64,000 bases of DNA from an uncultured Chloroflexia bacterium (GTDB taxonomy: Bacteria; Chloroflexota; UBA6077; JACCZL01), in NCBI GenBank assembly GCA_963765765.1, contig CAVXYC010000030.1, positions 160,001 through 224,000 of the forward strand, written 5' to 3'. The first letter of the stretch is position 1, and each line of letters opens with the position of its first letter. The position numbers and the translations under genes are program-made. This document shows, in pieces, positions 61,353 to 64,000 of the stretch. The notes beneath the pieces were generated by a model. That model saw nothing but the letters and a program-made list of their open reading frames with translations, did not search any database and had not been told where the DNA came from.

Positions 61353-62136
61353 CTAGCTAGGCACCAGTACCGGTTCGCGGACCGGCGCAATAGCGTCGAT
61401 GCACATCTTGTGGACGTCGCGCAGACGCTGGACGGTCCGGTCTTCGTCCTCAACTGGCAGGCCCTCGGGCGATAGCTCGAGGACTACGGTGCCCTGGAAG
61501 TCGATGGCTTGAAGACGCTGGATGAACGCGAACGATCGGCAGGACGCCGTCACCCGGGCAAAGATGCTCCCTGGTCTTCTTCTGATCCGAGAGGTGGATG
61601 TGATGAAGGCTCGGGCGCACGATCTCGAGCGCGTCCATGATGTCGATGCTGGCGAGCCCGAAGTGCGCGGTATCGAATGTAGCCCGCTCAAACTTGAGCA
61701 GCTGCTCGGGGCGATGGGTTCGGTGGCGCGGCTGGGTCTTAACGATGCGGAACGGCATGTTCTCCACGGACAGCTCAGCTCGGTGGGTGCTATGGAGCTC
61801 GTCCCAGTGCTGTCGAAGCCATGTTCCGTAACCCTTTCCACGTGACTCGGGGTGCACCACAACTGTTGTGGCGCCGATGCGGTCAGCCAGGTCCATGGTC
61901 TCCCGGATACAGGCGCGGTATCCGTCAGTGCCGCGAAGTGCGCCAAATGGCGAATGCAGGCTGGTCACGGCGATGCCCGTTTCGTTCATGAGCCGCTCGA
62001 GATAGTGGGATTGGCGTGTGTCCCAGCGGTCATCCACAATCACCTCGACCGCGTCAAAGCCAGATCCCCGAGCCATTTCGAAGGCGCGGTTCAGCCCGTA
62101 CGTCCAGACAGAGCCCGTGGAGAGTGTGAACTTCAC
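61353..62136 (-). CDS. Sugar phosphate isomerase/epimerase (AP endonuclease 2 TIM barrel), frameshift near 61540
   Basis: GFDAVEV, SLHSP, VVHP, VENMP, FDTAH, HIHLSD, EHLCPGDG; VVLEL in alternate frame. Confidence 0.85.
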
Positions 62137-62140
62137 GAGT

Positions 62141-63088
62141 CTACTTTCGACCGCTCAGAGCAGCCGACTCGAGCTCGATGGGCAGCGGGAACTGTATCGA
62201 CTCCTCAAGGACAATGAGATCATCAACCTCTGTGGCTCCTAGATCACGCAGGCGAGCCACGGCCGCTTCGACGAGATCTTCCGGTGTTGAAGCACCTGAG
62301 CTAATGCCCACCGTATCAACACCATCGAGCCACTCTGGAGCAATATCCTCGGGCGATTCCACAAGCCGCGATTTGCTGCCGGCGCCAAGTGCAACTTCCA
62401 CTAGACGGTTGCTATTGGAGCTGGCGCGCGAGCCAATGACGAGCACGAGATCCGATTGCTCCGCTAATGCCTTCACGGCTGATTGGCGATTGGTGGTGGC
62501 GTAGCAGATGTCCTCTTTTGGCGGTACCTCAAGTGCGGGAAAGCGCTCACGCAATCTATCGAGAATCTGGCGCACGTCGTCAACGGCCAGCGTCGTCTGG
62601 GTCAGGGCCACGACGCGATCAGAATTCGGTACGTCTAAATCTTCCACCTCGTCAGCACCCTCAATAAGCGTGCCATGCTCGGGATGGATCTCGCCCAACG
62701 TTCCGAGCGGCTCAGGGTGGCCGCGATGGCCGATGTAGACGATGAAGTAGCCCCGCTGGGCATAGCGGATAGCTTCCAAATGGACTTTTGTCACGAGCGG
62801 ACAGGTGGCGTCGATGACGGTGAGTCCGCGCGCCACGGCGGCAGCGCGGTCGCTGGGTGGAACGCCGTGCGCGCTGAAGATGAGGACCGCGTCGCTCGGC
62901 GCTTCAGCCACGTCCTCAATGAACACCACTCCACGCGAGCGCAGCCGTTCAACCACGTGGTGGTTATGGATGATCTCATGCTTGACGTAAATCGGTGGAT
63001 TGAAAATCTCGAGCGCGCGATCGACGATCTCGACGGCGCGCGAGACCCCCGCGCAGTAGCCGCGCGGACCAGCTAGGAGTACTCGCAC
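62141..63088 (-). CDS. ispH: 4-hydroxy-3-methylbut-2-enyl diphosphate reductase
   Basis: PRGYCAGV.RA, HEIIHN, FSAHGV, DATCPLVTKVH, GHPE, TQTTL, ICYATTNRQ, SSNSNRL, GASTPE; GTG start at 63088. Confidence 0.97.
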   Translation of the reverse strand: MRVLLAGPRGYCAGVSRAVEIVDRALEIFNPPIYVKHEIIHNHHVVERLRSRGVVFIEDVAEAPSDAVLIFSAHGVPPSDRAAAVARGLTVIDATCPLVTKVHLEAIRYAQRGYFIVYIGHRGHPEPLGTLGEIHPEHGTLIEGADEVEDLDVPNSDRVVALTQTTLAVDDVRQILDRLRERFPALEVPPKEDICYATTNRQSAVKALAEQSDLVLVIGSRASSNSNRLVEVALGAGSKSRLVESPEDIAPEWLDGVDTVGISSGASTPEDLVEAAVARLRDLGATEVDDLIVLEESIQFPLPIELESAALSGRK

Positions 63089-63314
63089 GAGAAAAGTATA
63101 GCCCGGCAGGCTATCCGGATCGGACGGCCTATGCCCGGCGGACATGTAGCGTGCATTTCGGTAGTCCGTGGAGAAATCCGCGAGCTATGCTTCAGCGTAC
63201 TCTCGGAGGACCGATATCTCGATCGTCCACCCATGGCCCGCATGCTTCTTTGCTTGCTTGCCCCTTTCGCCTGCATGACCGTGGGATGAATCACAGCACT
63301 GGAGGTTGTGTCCA

Positions 63315-64000
63315 TTGACCAACCGATCGTCCCTTCTTCCCGCCGTAAGCAGACGGGGATTCTTAAAGGCCGCGGCGGGGCTGGCCTCGGTGCAGCTTCT
63401 GGCAGCATGCCAGTCACAGGCGCCCGCATCGACGACGGCAGCAACGACAGCGCCGAAACCAACCGCCGCGGCTAGCCCCCCGCGCAGCCAGCCCGCGGCA
63501 TCGCCGGCCGCCTCTCCCGCCGCCTCTCCTGTGGCGTCGCCGATTGCCGCCAGTGCGGCGGTTGCTGGCGCACCGATGTATCAGGTGAATGCTCAACATA
63601 CCGGTCGGAGTCAGTACGCGGGTCCGCGCCGCGCGGTACTGGCGCGTACCTTCGACTCGGCGTCGTACCCGACTACCGATCCCGCGTTTCCGCGAGCCGA
63701 TGTCCAGAGCTCGGCGTCAATTGGTCCAGACGGAATGATCTACATCGCCAATTTTCCGGGTAATCTCTTTGCTCTGCGGGACTCTGGGAGCGGCGACAAG
63801 CTGGATGTAGCCTGGAGATACCACCCGGCGAGGTCTACTGGACTTCACGCAACGCCTTCGGTTGGCAGAGATGGCACTGTGTATCTGGGATTCTCAGGAG
63901 AGGTACAGCCTGGGCAAATCGCGGGCGCCATCCACGCCGTCCGCGCCCCGTCATCGGGGACTGAGGCCTCCGCCGCCTGGACCGCTGAGCTCGGCGCCGG
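63315..64000 (+). CDS. Tat-exported lipoprotein with PQQ/BamB-like beta-propeller repeats, partial
   Basis: Not in ORF track. RBS GGAGG, TTG 63315: MTNRSSLLPAVSRRGFLKAAAGLASVQLLAAC, then P/A/T-rich linker, MYQVNAQHTGRS, SSASIGPDGMIY, ATPSVGRDGTVY; runs off window end. Confidence 0.75.
   Translation, partial: MTNRSSLLPAVSRRGFLKAAAGLASVQLLAACQSQAPASTTAATTAPKPTAAASPPRSQPAASPAASPAASPVASPIAASAAVAGAPMYQVNAQHTGRSQYAGPRRAVLARTFDSASYPTTDPAFPRADVQSSASIGPDGMIYIANFPGNLFALRDSGSGDKLDVAWRYHPARSTGLHATPSVGRDGTVYLGFSGEVQPGQIAGAIHAVRAPSSGTEASAAWTAELGA

Overview
GC-rich bacterial chromosomal segment. Gene content (Pro/Ala-rich Tat lipoproteins, many GT-C membrane glycosyltransferases, LigX/Pht3-type Rieske oxygenases, amidohydrolases, TTT transporter) suggests a Chloroflexota-like organism; this is inference only. 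From left to right: (i) a surface-glycan locus (GT-C, methyltransferase-GT2 fusion, WcaJ-type priming transferase); (ii) a dispersed aromatic-catabolism region (DesZ-like extradiol dioxygenase, Pht5-like decarboxylase, amidohydrolase, two VOC proteins, [3Fe-4S] ferredoxin, CMD-family protein, a Rieske-tctB-tctA-gntR operon with divergent tctC, acyl-CoA synthetase, P450, second Rieske), interrupted by a doubly truncated restriction-modification relic; (iii) a small accessory islet with a nested ~170-nt hairpin, a small ORF, a DUF5131 radical-SAM-like gene and a TcmP methyltransferase-like partner; (iv) a block of five GT-C-like genes, one carrying an in-frame palindromic REP-like insertion and one fused to an oxidoreductase fragment; (v) methyltransferases, a class II aldolase, hflX, a hydantoinase/oxoprolinase plus ABC transporter cluster, ispH and a partial Tat beta-propeller lipoprotein. 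Many otherwise intact genes carry single-base frameshifts, several in homopolymers or short repeats, most consistent with uncorrected long-read assembly errors. No rRNA, tRNA, CRISPR array, transposase or integrase was seen. All family assignments are by motif recognition, not database search.
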